Positions 9,405 through 19,579 of a stretch of DNA of 64,000 nucleotides are shown one piece after another. Location: assembly GCA_963768305.1 (NCBI GenBank), contig CAVYHE010000007.1, positions 2,115 through 66,114 on the forward strand. Direction: 5' to 3'. Positions within the stretch are counted from its first letter, which is position 1. The number at the start of each line of letters is the position of its first letter. The stretch is from an uncultured bacterium. Lineage in GTDB: Bacteria > Margulisbacteria > WOR-1 > CAVSGV01. The notes below the pieces were generated by a model. That model was not told where the DNA came from. It did no database searches and worked only from the letters and a program-made list of their open reading frames with translations. Both the position numbers and the translations under genes were made by a program.

Positions 9405-10582
9405 CCGGCCGCCCTCCCATAATATCCCCAGACATCTATGAGCTTGCGCGCAGGGATCTTAAGTTTTCTGTATTCATCATGCGGGCAGCCGATGATGACG
9501 ACGTCGCTTTTTTTGACAAGCTCTTCCGCCGGCACAAAACCTTTTTCTTTTATGTGAACATCGGAGCAGTAGACCTTTTTACATTCCACCTCGCATATCT
9601 TCTTTAATTTGTAAGCGAGCGATTCCCTTTTGTCGTCGCTGCCGCCTTTAAAGGCCATCCCAAGTATCCCTATCTTTGATCCGGAAAGCTTGAAATTCTT
9701 TTTAATAAGATTGACCAGATAGTTGGGCAGGCCCTCGTTCACGAGCATTGCCGAGTGCCCGAGGAAAAAATTATTGTTATTGAACGACGCGAGCTGCATC
9801 GTGTCTTTGAACAGGCACGGACCCGCGGCGAACCCCGCCTTCGGGAAAGACTTTGCCCGCGGGTAATCTTTTGTAGCCGCGTCATATATCCTGTAAAAAT
9901 CCAGGTCATAATCCTTCGCGATCATGTAGAACTGGTTGGCAATGGCAAAGTTTATGTAGCGGTAAGCGTTCGTGAAAAGCTTGGCAAGTTCCGCCTCAAT
10001 GGGCAGCAGCGTGATGATCTTATCATTGATCTTCCGGAAGAGTCGGGCCGCTTCGCTGACCGCTTTCCCGCTGGTCCCCGATATTATCTGGGGCAGGCAG
10101 CGTATCTCCTTTATGGCCACGCCTTCCGCCACCCTCTCCGGACAGAAGCAGACATTCACTTTTTTCCCGTGTTCCTTGAAGAGTTCGTCCACTTTTTGCG
10201 TGGTGCCTGGGAATACGGTGCTGCGCAGTATTATGTTCTGGCCGCTTCGGAAATGGCCCATCAGCCCTATGAAAAAACCCCTCATTAAAGCGAATCCGGG
10301 ATTTAAATGCTCATCTACAGGCGTCCCGATGACCACCACGATATTTTTTGCTTTCGCTATCGCCTGCGGCCCGTCAAAAGTGAAGAGGCAGCGGTTGATC
10401 AGTTTCTTTAACAGGGGCTCCGCGCCTTCTTCTTTAAAAGGCATTATCCCTTTATTGATCTTTGTTAATGTTTCTTTGTTGATATCATATATGCCCGTTT
10501 TAAGGCCGGCATCCGCAAAGACCAAAGCCAGCGGCAGGCCAACATGCCCTCCCCCTCCTATGACCATAACATCAAGCTTCAT
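9401..10582 (-). CDS. nucleotide-sugar (UDP-glucose/GDP-mannose family) dehydrogenase
   Basis: VMVIGGGGHVGLPLALVFADAG is a Rossmann motif, and family-typical sequence runs throughout. I chose the ATG at 10582, preceded by AAGGAGG, over the track start at 10606. Confidence 0.9.
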   Translation of the reverse strand: MKLDVMVIGGGGHVGLPLALVFADAGLKTGIYDINKETLTKINKGIMPFKEEGAEPLLKKLINRCLFTFDGPQAIAKAKNIVVVIGTPVDEHLNPGFALMRGFFIGLMGHFRSGQNIILRSTVFPGTTQKVDELFKEHGKKVNVCFCPERVAEGVAIKEIRCLPQIISGTSGKAVSEAARLFRKINDKIITLLPIEAELAKLFTNAYRYINFAIANQFYMIAKDYDLDFYRIYDAATKDYPRAKSFPKAGFAAGPCLFKDTMQLASFNNNNFFLGHSAMLVNEGLPNYLVNLIKKNFKLSGSKIGILGMAFKGGSDDKRESLAYKLKKICEVECKKVYCSDVHIKEKGFVPAEELVKKSDVVIIGCPHDEYRKLKIPARKLIDVWGYYGRAAG

Positions 10583-10770
10583 ATCGGCCTCCTTGTGCGG
10601 CAACATATCAATGCTTTATTATCTCAAATCTTTCCCAAAGGGTAAACATCCATTATCGATTTAAAATTTACAGCATTCTCCCGCAATTCAACGGCCGCGA
10701 GTCCCCATTGTTGTGATTTTTCTGGTTTTAACCGGACAAATATGTTATCCTGATAAAAAGAGGTGAAAAA

Positions 10771-11070
10771 ATGAAAAAATATATCGCATTTATGATATTG
10801 GTCGTTTTTGTAATGGCCAATATGGCTTTTGCAAGAGATATGACAAAAGGAAATTCCGCGGTAAAAACCAAGACCAAGATAACGAAGATCAGCAAAGTTA
10901 AGGCCGGAAAGACAATGGTGAAATCGGGAACAAAGATGACTGAAAAGAAGGAAGTGAAAGCCGGGGAAAAGCCTGTAAAAAGAAGCTTCCTTGGCCGTGT
11001 TTGGCATAAATTATTCGGCTGGATGAAGAGACCGGCAGGACCAAATAAGACAGAAGCGCCTAAGAAATAG
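10771..11070 (+). CDS. small exported lysine-rich protein
   Basis: 99 aa with a GAGGTG ribosome-binding site (RBS). The signal peptide is MKKYIAFMILVVFVMANMAFA, followed by a K-rich low-complexity mature part. Confidence 0.5.
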   Translation: MKKYIAFMILVVFVMANMAFARDMTKGNSAVKTKTKITKISKVKAGKTMVKSGTKMTEKKEVKAGEKPVKRSFLGRVWHKLFGWMKRPAGPNKTEAPKK

Positions 11071-11128
11071 ATTTTTTACTGCCGGCCGGATCGGCATATT
11101 TATAGGAAAATTAGAATTGCAGGCATAA

Positions 11129-12448
11129 ATGAGCAACCTGTTCGGCAGGTTCAAGGGTCTTTTCAGGGCTTTATCATCGCGGAACTACCGCCTTTTCTTC
11201 GTGGGACAGGGCCTTTCGCTCATCGGCACGTGGATACAGAACGTCGCCCAGGCATGGCTCGTGTACAGGATAACGAACTCGGTCCTTCTTCTCGGTCTTG
11301 TCGGCTTCCTTGGCCAGATAATGGTCTTTATTTTTTCTCCGATCGCCGGCGTTCTTGCCGACAGGTTCAACAAGCACAGAATTTTGGTAATAACTCAGAC
11401 GGCGGCGCTTGTACAGGCCTTCATACTCTCCGCCCTGGTCCTTACGAACACTGTTCAGGTCTGGCACATAATGGTCCTTAGTTTTCTGCTGGGTCTCATT
11501 AATTCGTTCGACATGCCGGTGAGACAATCGTTCGTCGTGGAGATGGTAGAGAAAAAAGAGGACCTGGGCAATGCCATCGCGCTGAATTCCTCACTGGTCA
11601 ATTCCGCGCGCCTTATAGGCCCTTCCATAGCCGGCGTTCTGATAGCGGCTTTCGGCGAAGGAATCTGCTTTTTCCTGAACGGCGTAAGCTATATAGCGGT
11701 GATAGTTTCACTGTTGCTGATGAAAATAAGACCAAAAGTTAAAAGATCCGAAGTAGGCCGCGTTCTTAACGACATCAAACAGGGCTTGAGCTATGTCTAC
11801 CATTTCCCGCCCATAAGATATATTCTGATAATGCTGGCCTTGATGAGCTTGATAGGAGCGCCTTATGTAACGATAATGCCGGTCTTCGCGAGGGACATCC
11901 TTCGCGGAGGCCCGCAGACAATGGGACTGCTCATGTCTTCTTCCGGATGCGGGGCTTTGATGGGCGCTCTTTATCTGGCTTCGCGTAAGAACGCGCGGGG
12001 GCTCCTTAATCTGGTCATAATGGCCTCAACGATATTCGGCGCGGGACTTATCCTGCTCTCTTTCTCTGGCTCGGTCATTATATCCATGCCGCTGCTTTTT
12101 CTGGTCGGGTTCGGGATGGTCATGCAGATGGCGTCCTGCAACACTATACTGCAGACGATAGTAGCTGATGACAAGCGCGGCCGCGTGATGAGCTTGTACG
12201 CCATCGCATTCCTGGGGATGGCGCCGTTCGGCAGCCTTTATATAGGCACAACCGCTAATTTCCTCGGTGTCAGGTTCGCGTTGCTTGCAAGCGGCGCATT
12301 ATGCCTGTTAGCCGTTTATATTTTTTCATCGAAACTTTCTGTCATAAGGGAACACATCAGGCCGATCTATGCGAAAATGGGGATAATCCCGGAGATAGCA
12401 AAAGCTATCGATACGGTTTCGGGCCTTGAAACCGCGGATAAGGATTGA
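11129..12448 (+). CDS. MFS transporter (EntS/MFS_3-like)
   Basis: 439 aa with about 12 hydrophobic segments. The N-terminal pattern is NYRLFFVGQGLSLIGTWIQNVAQAWLV. Confidence 0.85.
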   Translation: MSNLFGRFKGLFRALSSRNYRLFFVGQGLSLIGTWIQNVAQAWLVYRITNSVLLLGLVGFLGQIMVFIFSPIAGVLADRFNKHRILVITQTAALVQAFILSALVLTNTVQVWHIMVLSFLLGLINSFDMPVRQSFVVEMVEKKEDLGNAIALNSSLVNSARLIGPSIAGVLIAAFGEGICFFLNGVSYIAVIVSLLLMKIRPKVKRSEVGRVLNDIKQGLSYVYHFPPIRYILIMLALMSLIGAPYVTIMPVFARDILRGGPQTMGLLMSSSGCGALMGALYLASRKNARGLLNLVIMASTIFGAGLILLSFSGSVIISMPLLFLVGFGMVMQMASCNTILQTIVADDKRGRVMSLYAIAFLGMAPFGSLYIGTTANFLGVRFALLASGALCLLAVYIFSSKLSVIREHIRPIYAKMGIIPEIAKAIDTVSGLETADKD

Positions 12449-12479
12449 CTAAATCGCCTCTCGGGTACATTATATACAT

Positions 12480-13694
12480 ATGACTAACGGAACATTTTAC
12501 GGGTTGGGCATAGCGCCGAACCTTCTAAGCGCCCTGGACAGGATGAAGTTCACCGTCCCCACTCCCATCCAGCAGAAGGCCATCCCCATCGCCATTGAGG
12601 GGAAAGACATCATGGGAATAGCGCAAACTGGAACGGGAAAGACCCTCGCATTCGCGGTTCCCATGATCCAGCGACTCACCGGAATGAAAGGCCGCGGCCT
12701 GATACTTGTTCCAACACGCGAGCTGGCCCTGCAGGTGGACGAGGTTTTCCAGAAATTCAGGCATCTTATCGGCGCAGGAACAGCCGTGCTAATAGGCGGC
12801 GCCTCAATGGAAAATCAGGTCCGCTCTTTAAGAAGGCTGCCGCGCATCATCATCGCTACACCAGGGCGGCTTATGGACCATATGGAGCGCAGGACCATTA
12901 ATCTGAGTGATGTAAGGATCCTTGTCCTGGACGAAGCGGACAGGATGCTGGACATGGGATTCGCGCCGCAGATATCAAGAGTGGTCCGGACCGTCCCGAC
13001 GGACCGCCAGACCATGCTTTTCTCCGCGACAATGCCGGAGTCAATAATGCGGCTCGCGTCATCATATATGAAACTTCCCATCAGCGTGGAAATAGCCAAG
13101 TCAGGCACTCCCATAGAGAAGGTCGTTCAGGAAGTGTTCATAGTAAGGAATGAGGACAAAAGGCTGCTTCTGGAGAAAATACTGTATCAATATCACGGCT
13201 CCGTCCTCCTTTTCACCCGCACAAAACACGGAGCAAGCAAGATAGTCCGTATGATCAAAGATCTGGGTCATTCCGCCGCGGAGATACATTCCAACCGGAG
13301 TTTGCCCCAGCGCAGGGAAGCAATGGACGGCTTTAAATCCGGAAAATACAGGATACTTGTTGCGACGGATATCGCCGCGAGAGGGATCGATGTAAAGAAC
13401 ATTGAGATCGTCATTAATTACGATCTTCCGGAAGACCCGGAAAATTATATCCACCGCATCGGACGGACGGGCCGCGCCGGCCAGGGAGGCCGCGCTATTT
13501 CTTTTGCCATGCCGGATCAGGGCGCTGACATGAAGAACATTGAAAACCTGATGAAGGCCGTCGTTCCTGTTTCAAAACATCCGGAAGTCCCGGAAGCCGA
13601 ATTTTACAAAACGCACGTTCCGAAGCCGCATCCGAAGGGATTTTTGTACAGGGGAATGAGGAGCGGCGGCCATAGAAGATTTGGGCGCCGGTAA
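12480..13694 (+). CDS. DEAD-box ATP-dependent RNA helicase
   Basis: Motifs seen: Q-motif PTPIQ, AQTGTGKT, VLDEADRM, SAT, HRIGRTGRAG. Confidence 0.95.
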   Translation: MTNGTFYGLGIAPNLLSALDRMKFTVPTPIQQKAIPIAIEGKDIMGIAQTGTGKTLAFAVPMIQRLTGMKGRGLILVPTRELALQVDEVFQKFRHLIGAGTAVLIGGASMENQVRSLRRLPRIIIATPGRLMDHMERRTINLSDVRILVLDEADRMLDMGFAPQISRVVRTVPTDRQTMLFSATMPESIMRLASSYMKLPISVEIAKSGTPIEKVVQEVFIVRNEDKRLLLEKILYQYHGSVLLFTRTKHGASKIVRMIKDLGHSAAEIHSNRSLPQRREAMDGFKSGKYRILVATDIAARGIDVKNIEIVINYDLPEDPENYIHRIGRTGRAGQGGRAISFAMPDQGADMKNIENLMKAVVPVSKHPEVPEAEFYKTHVPKPHPKGFLYRGMRSGGHRRFGRR

Positions 13695-13702
13695 TTAATT
13701 CC

Positions 13703-14389
13703 TCAGCCGATCATTAAACCTTCAATCCTTATCTGAAGCGCGTCTTTTCCCTTTTTGATGAAATTCACAAGCCCGCTGTGCCGCCACTGCAGCATGCAGC
13801 GGTGCGGCATGAACCAGTATCTCATCCCTATCTTTATCTCTGTTTTTGTTTCCCGAACTATCCCTTCGTACGCCTGCGCGGAATAATATCCCACGTCCTT
13901 GCAGCCTTTTGACCGGGGGCCCAGCGGCCCGGTAACGCACCAGACCACGACGCCGTTCCTCGCGTCCACGTTCATGGCGATCCCGCAGTGGGTGATGGGG
14001 CATCCGCACGACATCCCCATCGGCCTGCCTATGAGCATATCGCCCACTTTAATATCAAGCTCTTTAACTAATGTTGGATTATGGACAAGCATGGTTTCGC
14101 GCGGTCCGGGCTCGTTCGGAAAAGTATCCAATATGAAATCAAAATCGCGGCCGAGCGAATCCTGCCATTTGACCGCGCCCTGGGCTATGCTGTTGCCGCA
14201 GGCAGAGCAGCTGCTCGCCGGAAGTTTTATGACGGTATTCTTGCTCAAGTGAATGCATTTTCCTATATCTTCAGGTTTGATAAATATGATATTCGCAAAG
14301 TCTGAACAGGTCTTTTCCCCGCACAGCCCGCAATCTTTCCCCGGCAGCTGCAGTCGGATCTTTTCCAATAAGTCATTATTATTTTCCAT
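13703..14389 (-). CDS. Fe-S-domain protein (RnfB/CdhD-type N-terminal Cys motif) with uncharacterised Cys-rich C-terminal domain
   Basis: LPGKDCGLCGEKTCSDFA matches the putative Fe-S cluster domain (PF04060-like, from recollection). I chose the ATG at 14389, preceded by AAGGAG. It is the last gene of a four-gene operon. Confidence 0.65.
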   Translation of the reverse strand: MENNNDLLEKIRLQLPGKDCGLCGEKTCSDFANIIFIKPEDIGKCIHLSKNTVIKLPASSCSACGNSIAQGAVKWQDSLGRDFDFILDTFPNEPGPRETMLVHNPTLVKELDIKVGDMLIGRPMGMSCGCPITHCGIAMNVDARNGVVVWCVTGPLGPRSKGCKDVGYYSAQAYEGIVRETKTEIKIGMRYWFMPHRCMLQWRHSGLVNFIKKGKDALQIRIEGLMIG

Positions 14390-14390
14390 A

Positions 14391-15092
14391 TTATTCTCCT
14401 TGATAAAAAATTTCGCCTTCAAGCGGGCGGACCACTCCGAAATGTTTGTCCCAGCCTATTTCTTTTTTGCCGACGCATATCGTGCATGTCCCCACGGGAG
14501 GATTGCCTCTCAGGATCAGGGGATATGAAATTTCCGGTGATGCCTTTATCTTTTTAACTACGGCATCTATACCAATTCCATAGAGCGCGTTGGTTTCGCA
14601 AATGTGGGTTCCGCGAGCCGCGTCCATTATCCGCGCCCTGAACACTTCCCTCTCCGCCTGCGAGATAAGATCGATCTTCGTGACAACCGCGACGTCGGCA
14701 AGCGTGAGCATGGGGCCGATCTTCCTTGGCAAATTCATGCCGCTCGTCGCTTCCAGCACCACAATGCCTATCGATCCTTCTATGTACGGTGAGCAGCGAA
14801 GGCACAGCCCCGCTGTCTCAACTATCAGATAATCTGAGTTATTTGCTTTCGCCCATTCCACTGCATCGTTAAGGACCATCACGTTGCAGTGGTCGGGGCA
14901 CAGCTCTCCGGAATAGACTTTTTTCACAGGGATCTTGAATTCTTTTTTGAATTCCTCGTCCTCCACGGCGTACTGGACGTCGATCTTGAGATACGACACC
15001 TTTGATCCCGCGGCTAGAAGTCTTCTGACCACCTGTTTGAGGACGGTTGATTTTCCGGTCGTTGGCGGTCCGGCGCAGATCACTGCTTTCAT
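14391..15092 (-). CDS. G3E-family-like P-loop GTPase (HypB/UreG/CobW-type metallochaperone fold)
   Basis: Walker A is GPPTTGKST, Walker B-like is IVETAGL, and VVTKIDL is NKxD-like. Cys pairs are CPDHC, CLRC and CTIC. It overlaps the upstream ABC gene by 4 nt. Confidence 0.65.
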   Translation of the reverse strand: MKAVICAGPPTTGKSTVLKQVVRRLLAAGSKVSYLKIDVQYAVEDEEFKKEFKIPVKKVYSGELCPDHCNVMVLNDAVEWAKANNSDYLIVETAGLCLRCSPYIEGSIGIVVLEATSGMNLPRKIGPMLTLADVAVVTKIDLISQAEREVFRARIMDAARGTHICETNALYGIGIDAVVKKIKASPEISYPLILRGNPPVGTCTICVGKKEIGWDKHFGVVRPLEGEIFYQGE

Positions 15093-15892
15093 GTTTTGTA
15101 CCCCAGTGCGGTCAATCTTTCCTGCAATATTCCTTCGTTGATGCGCTCGCCGTCGCGGATAAGCTTCCTGAAATGAAGGATAAGGTCATCGAGTTTTTTT
15201 ATTTCTTCGGCGACCTTCAATTCTTCGTCGTGCGCCTTGATTATCTTTACCATTCCGCCGTTCTTCATCACGACGCGGTAATCCGAGAGCAAAGCTATGC
15301 GCGGGTCGTGGGTGACGAAAATGAATATCTTTTCGTAATTCCTCAGAAGTTCCAGCGCCTTTGTGCGGTGGATGCCCGCGTTCTCTATCTCGTCCAAAAG
15401 TATGATCGGGGAATTCCCGATTATCACGGCGTCGGCGATGAGCAGGGCGCGCGTCTGTCCGCCGGACAGTTCCGTCATGCCGTTCTCCGGATTGATGGGC
15501 TCGCCGGTGAGTTGGTTCGCGAAATCGATGGTTTCCTTTATCACGGACGCGATATTATCCCTCTTCCTGATGTTCGCGTGGATGTCCAGGAATTCGTTCA
15601 CGGGCAGGTCGGAAAGGAAATTCGTGTGCTGGGTAATGAAGGCTATCGGGTTTTTTGAGGGATCGTTCATGAATTCATCCGGAGCCGGAGCGCCGTTTAT
15701 GTGGACGCGCCGTTTTGTGGGCGTGTTATCGTTCGCGAAAAGGGCAATGTCATCGATGAGCGTTGTTTTCCCCGAGCCCGTCGGCCCCACTATGCTGATG
15801 ATATCCCCCATCTTAAGGGTTATTTCATCGATCTTTTCAACCTGGCCGCCTTTGCCGACGCCGCCGAATATCTTTAATTCTTCGATATGCAT
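15089..15892 (-). CDS. ABC-type ATPase with no permease partner nearby
   Basis: Motifs seen: GPTGSGKTT, LSGGQ, ILLDEIENAG. No membrane subunit is present in the operon. Confidence 0.85.
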   Translation of the reverse strand: MHIEELKIFGGVGKGGQVEKIDEITLKMGDIISIVGPTGSGKTTLIDDIALFANDNTPTKRRVHINGAPAPDEFMNDPSKNPIAFITQHTNFLSDLPVNEFLDIHANIRKRDNIASVIKETIDFANQLTGEPINPENGMTELSGGQTRALLIADAVIIGNSPIILLDEIENAGIHRTKALELLRNYEKIFIFVTHDPRIALLSDYRVVMKNGGMVKIIKAHDEELKVAEEIKKLDDLILHFRKLIRDGERINEGILQERLTALGYKT

Positions 15893-15901
15893 TTTATCCT
15901 C

Positions 15902-16303
15902 TCACATCATGTCGGCAAGCGAGGTGTTCTCAAGCTTGTCCGAAATGTAATTGCGAAGCTGTCTGAACAATCCGGTGATCTTTTTTTCTTTTTCGATGGG
16001 CGTATGTTCGTAAAAATGGCTGCTGACGGAATCCGTGGGCGCGAGCGCGCCGTCGAAAATGCGGACTATCTCGGCTATCGATATTTTTTTCGGGTCCATG
16101 GCGAGTGAATATCCGCCCTTGGGGCCTTTTGAGCTCCTGAGGTATCTCGCCCTTTTAAGGACAAGAAGTATCTGTTCAAGGAATTTTGAAGGTATATTCT
16201 GAGATTTAGCTATTGATGCCACTGAAATTACCTTTTCCCTCCCCTGCCGGGACAGGTGTATCAATGCGAGCAGAGCATATTCACTTTTAGTCGTCAGCTT
16301 CAT
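15902..16303 (-). CDS. Rrf2-family transcriptional regulator
   Basis: MKLTTKSEYALLALIHLS...IAKSQNIPSKFLEQILLVLKRARYLRSSKGPKGGY is the Rrf2 winged-helix signature. Confidence 0.9.
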   Translation of the reverse strand: MKLTTKSEYALLALIHLSRQGREKVISVASIAKSQNIPSKFLEQILLVLKRARYLRSSKGPKGGYSLAMDPKKISIAEIVRIFDGALAPTDSVSSHFYEHTPIEKEKKITGLFRQLRNYISDKLENTSLADMM

Positions 16304-16355
16304 ATTGCGTCAAGTAATATAACATAGTCTATAGGGTTTGTCATCTATTATTTCA

Positions 16356-16391
16356 GGAAAAAGGCCCCGGATGGAATACCCGCCCGGAGCC
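16356..16391 (-). terminator. hairpin plus U-run after the lipoprotein gene
   Basis: On the minus strand GGCTCCGG pairs with CCGGGGCC (8-bp stem, 13-nt loop), followed by TTTTTCC. Confidence 0.55.
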
Positions 16392-16411
16392 TTAAATCAA
16401 TAAACTATATA

Positions 16412-17554
16412 TCAGTTACTCTGGATTAACAGAAAATTGTATACCTTGGCAGTGCTCTCGTCACTACCGATCCCGAAAAGCAGATATCTCATTTTATCTT
16501 TATTATCAGGTCCCACCTGCGAGACCACGCACTGTATGATTTCCGAATGAGTACCTATCTCATCTTTGCCGGATACATAACCCCTTAAGAATCCCGGGAC
16601 TGCTGATGCTTCAAAAGTTATAACAACATACCCCGCACCTTGATGAGCAGTTCCTGCATCAACATCATCGTAGCTTTGCGCCCACAGCGCATTAGGGTTC
16701 GTCGTGTCCTTATGAGCTGTTATAGGTTCGGTTTCGCCGGTTGATGGGTTTCCTCCAGATGGGGGATAATAAATGAATCTTACTCCCTTGTATGTGTAAT
16801 TAAGAATATCGGGAACCTCGGCAGTAGAAATACCTTCATCTGACGCGCCGACAAAACCACCCTGCCCCGGCCCGTTATCCGCTATGAACATCCCGGAAGG
16901 GGTCATGAATATTTTTAATGGAGGTATGCCTGATTCTTTGCTAATAATGCCGTTCGAATATGTTAAATCGCTCACTGTTTCATGAGAGCAAAAATCTCCA
17001 TTGAGCAGATAACTGGTAATATCAAAAGACCAGGGCGGTCCTTTAGATGCCTCAACCGTGCCAAATGCAGGCTTTGTATCTTCCCAATCTGTTTTAGGAA
17101 TATTAACGAATAAAAATTGGCCTCCCGCCGGTTCAGCTGTAGCGGCAGCCGCGCAGACCAATACCCTGCTTTCGCCGGAATCGGCCGGCTTGACCAGCAG
17201 CAATGTCTTTGGGAATTCCAGGAAATATGCGTAGCCGCCAACACTGGGACCGCCCAATCCTCCGAAAACACCTTCAACCTTTGCTTTTCCAAATCCGCTT
17301 ACTAATGTATTCCATTCGCCGGTTATAGTAAAATCTAAGGTTTCATTTGTTGCGATAAATTCGGATGTGCTTATTGTCCACGCCCATGCGTCGCCCGATG
17401 CCTGTGTGCCTGCATATGAATATGTTCCCGTCCTGTTTGAGACCGTACTGGTACCGCTACCCCCCCCCGAGGCATTAGAGCCGCAGCCGTAAATAAAAGC
17501 CATGCTGATCAAACAAAGACCGATCACAAATAAAGAATACCAGGTTTTTTTCAT
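16412..17554 (-). CDS. exported lipoprotein, function unknown
   Basis: MKKTWYSLFVIGLCLISMAFIYGCGSNASGGGSG has a lipobox (YGC). I chose the ATG at 17554, preceded by GGAGGG. Confidence 0.7.
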   Translation of the reverse strand: MKKTWYSLFVIGLCLISMAFIYGCGSNASGGGSGTSTVSNRTGTYSYAGTQASGDAWAWTISTSEFIATNETLDFTITGEWNTLVSGFGKAKVEGVFGGLGGPSVGGYAYFLEFPKTLLLVKPADSGESRVLVCAAAATAEPAGGQFLFVNIPKTDWEDTKPAFGTVEASKGPPWSFDITSYLLNGDFCSHETVSDLTYSNGIISKESGIPPLKIFMTPSGMFIADNGPGQGGFVGASDEGISTAEVPDILNYTYKGVRFIYYPPSGGNPSTGETEPITAHKDTTNPNALWAQSYDDVDAGTAHQGAGYVVITFEASAVPGFLRGYVSGKDEIGTHSEIIQCVVSQVGPDNKDKMRYLLFGIGSDESTAKVYNFLLIQSN

Positions 17555-17632
17555 ATTATTCCCTCCTTGAAACATAATGAATTATAGACCAATCAAGTGA
17601 TGAGTCAAGTTCGTATAAAACTGAAATTTCTC

Positions 17633-17660
17633 TTGACAATTGACGATAATAGTATATAAT
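17633..17660 (+). promoter_or_regulatory. sigma70-type promoter for the Rrf2-metY operon
   Basis: TTGACA at 17633-17638 and TATAAT at 17655-17660, with a 16-nt spacer. Confidence 0.6.
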
Positions 17661-17683
17661 ACATATCAGGATAGTAGGAATTA

Positions 17684-17725
17684 GAGTTATAAGTTATTAG
17701 TTAAGAGTTAAGGGTTATGAGTTAA
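17684..17725 (+). repeat. six tandem heptamers (NAGTTAW-like) in the Rrf2 leader
   Basis: The array reads GAGTTAT AAGTTAT TAGTTAA GAGTTAA GGGTTAT GAGTTAA. It ends at the GAGG RBS of the Rrf2 gene. Confidence 0.8.
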
Positions 17726-17741
17726 GAGGCGAAAGAATAAT

Positions 17742-18191
17742 ATGAAGATAACTTTTAAGGGTGATTACGCGCTTAAGGCGATACTGGACCTGAGCTTCCA
17801 TACCGGAGAAGCCCAGTCAACGGAGGAGATCGCGAAAAGACAGGATATCCCGCCCAAGTTCCTGGAACAGATAATGATCTCCCTGAAAAAAGGCGGATTC
17901 GTGAAGTCGCTCAGGGGAAAGAAAGGCGGATACATCCTCACCCGCTCCCCTTCCGGTATCACCATGGGCGAGGTCATAAGATATGTAGAGGGACCGGTGG
18001 AGCCCATCGCGTGCGTTATCAAGGGCGGCGAGAGGTCATGCAATTTCTCAGCGCGCTGCAGCCTGCGGGATGTCTTTGACGAAATAGGAAGACAAACGGC
18101 GAGAATAGTGGATAATATTACATTTGAAGACCTTAAGAACAAGCAGGCGAAAAAGATGAAGATGCGGGGCCCCGACATGTATTACATATAA
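17742..18191 (+). CDS. Rrf2-family transcriptional regulator (CymR/IscR-like)
   Basis: MKITFKGDYALKAILDLS...IAKRQDIPPKFLEQIMISLKKGGFVKSLRGKKGGY. It is the first gene of the Cys/Met operon. Confidence 0.9.
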   Translation: MKITFKGDYALKAILDLSFHTGEAQSTEEIAKRQDIPPKFLEQIMISLKKGGFVKSLRGKKGGYILTRSPSGITMGEVIRYVEGPVEPIACVIKGGERSCNFSARCSLRDVFDEIGRQTARIVDNITFEDLKNKQAKKMKMRGPDMYYI

Positions 18192-18226
18192 AAGTTAAGA
18201 GTTATGAGTTATAAGTTAAGAGTAAA
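18192..18226 (+). repeat. five tandem heptamers of the same family between Rrf2 and metY
   Basis: The array reads AAGTTAA GAGTTAT GAGTTAT AAGTTAA GAGTAAA and begins immediately after the Rrf2 stop codon. Confidence 0.8.
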
Positions 18227-18241
18227 GACAAGGAAAAATAA

Positions 18242-19564
<1,323 letters not shown>

Positions 19565-19579
19565 CAAGGAAGTGATCCA

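Noticed and set aside
17684-17725. CRISPR-like or microsatellite interpretation of the heptamer arrays.
   Set aside because: The units are 7 bp, contiguous and spacer-free, so this is not a CRISPR architecture. I treat them as regulatory or tandem repeats.
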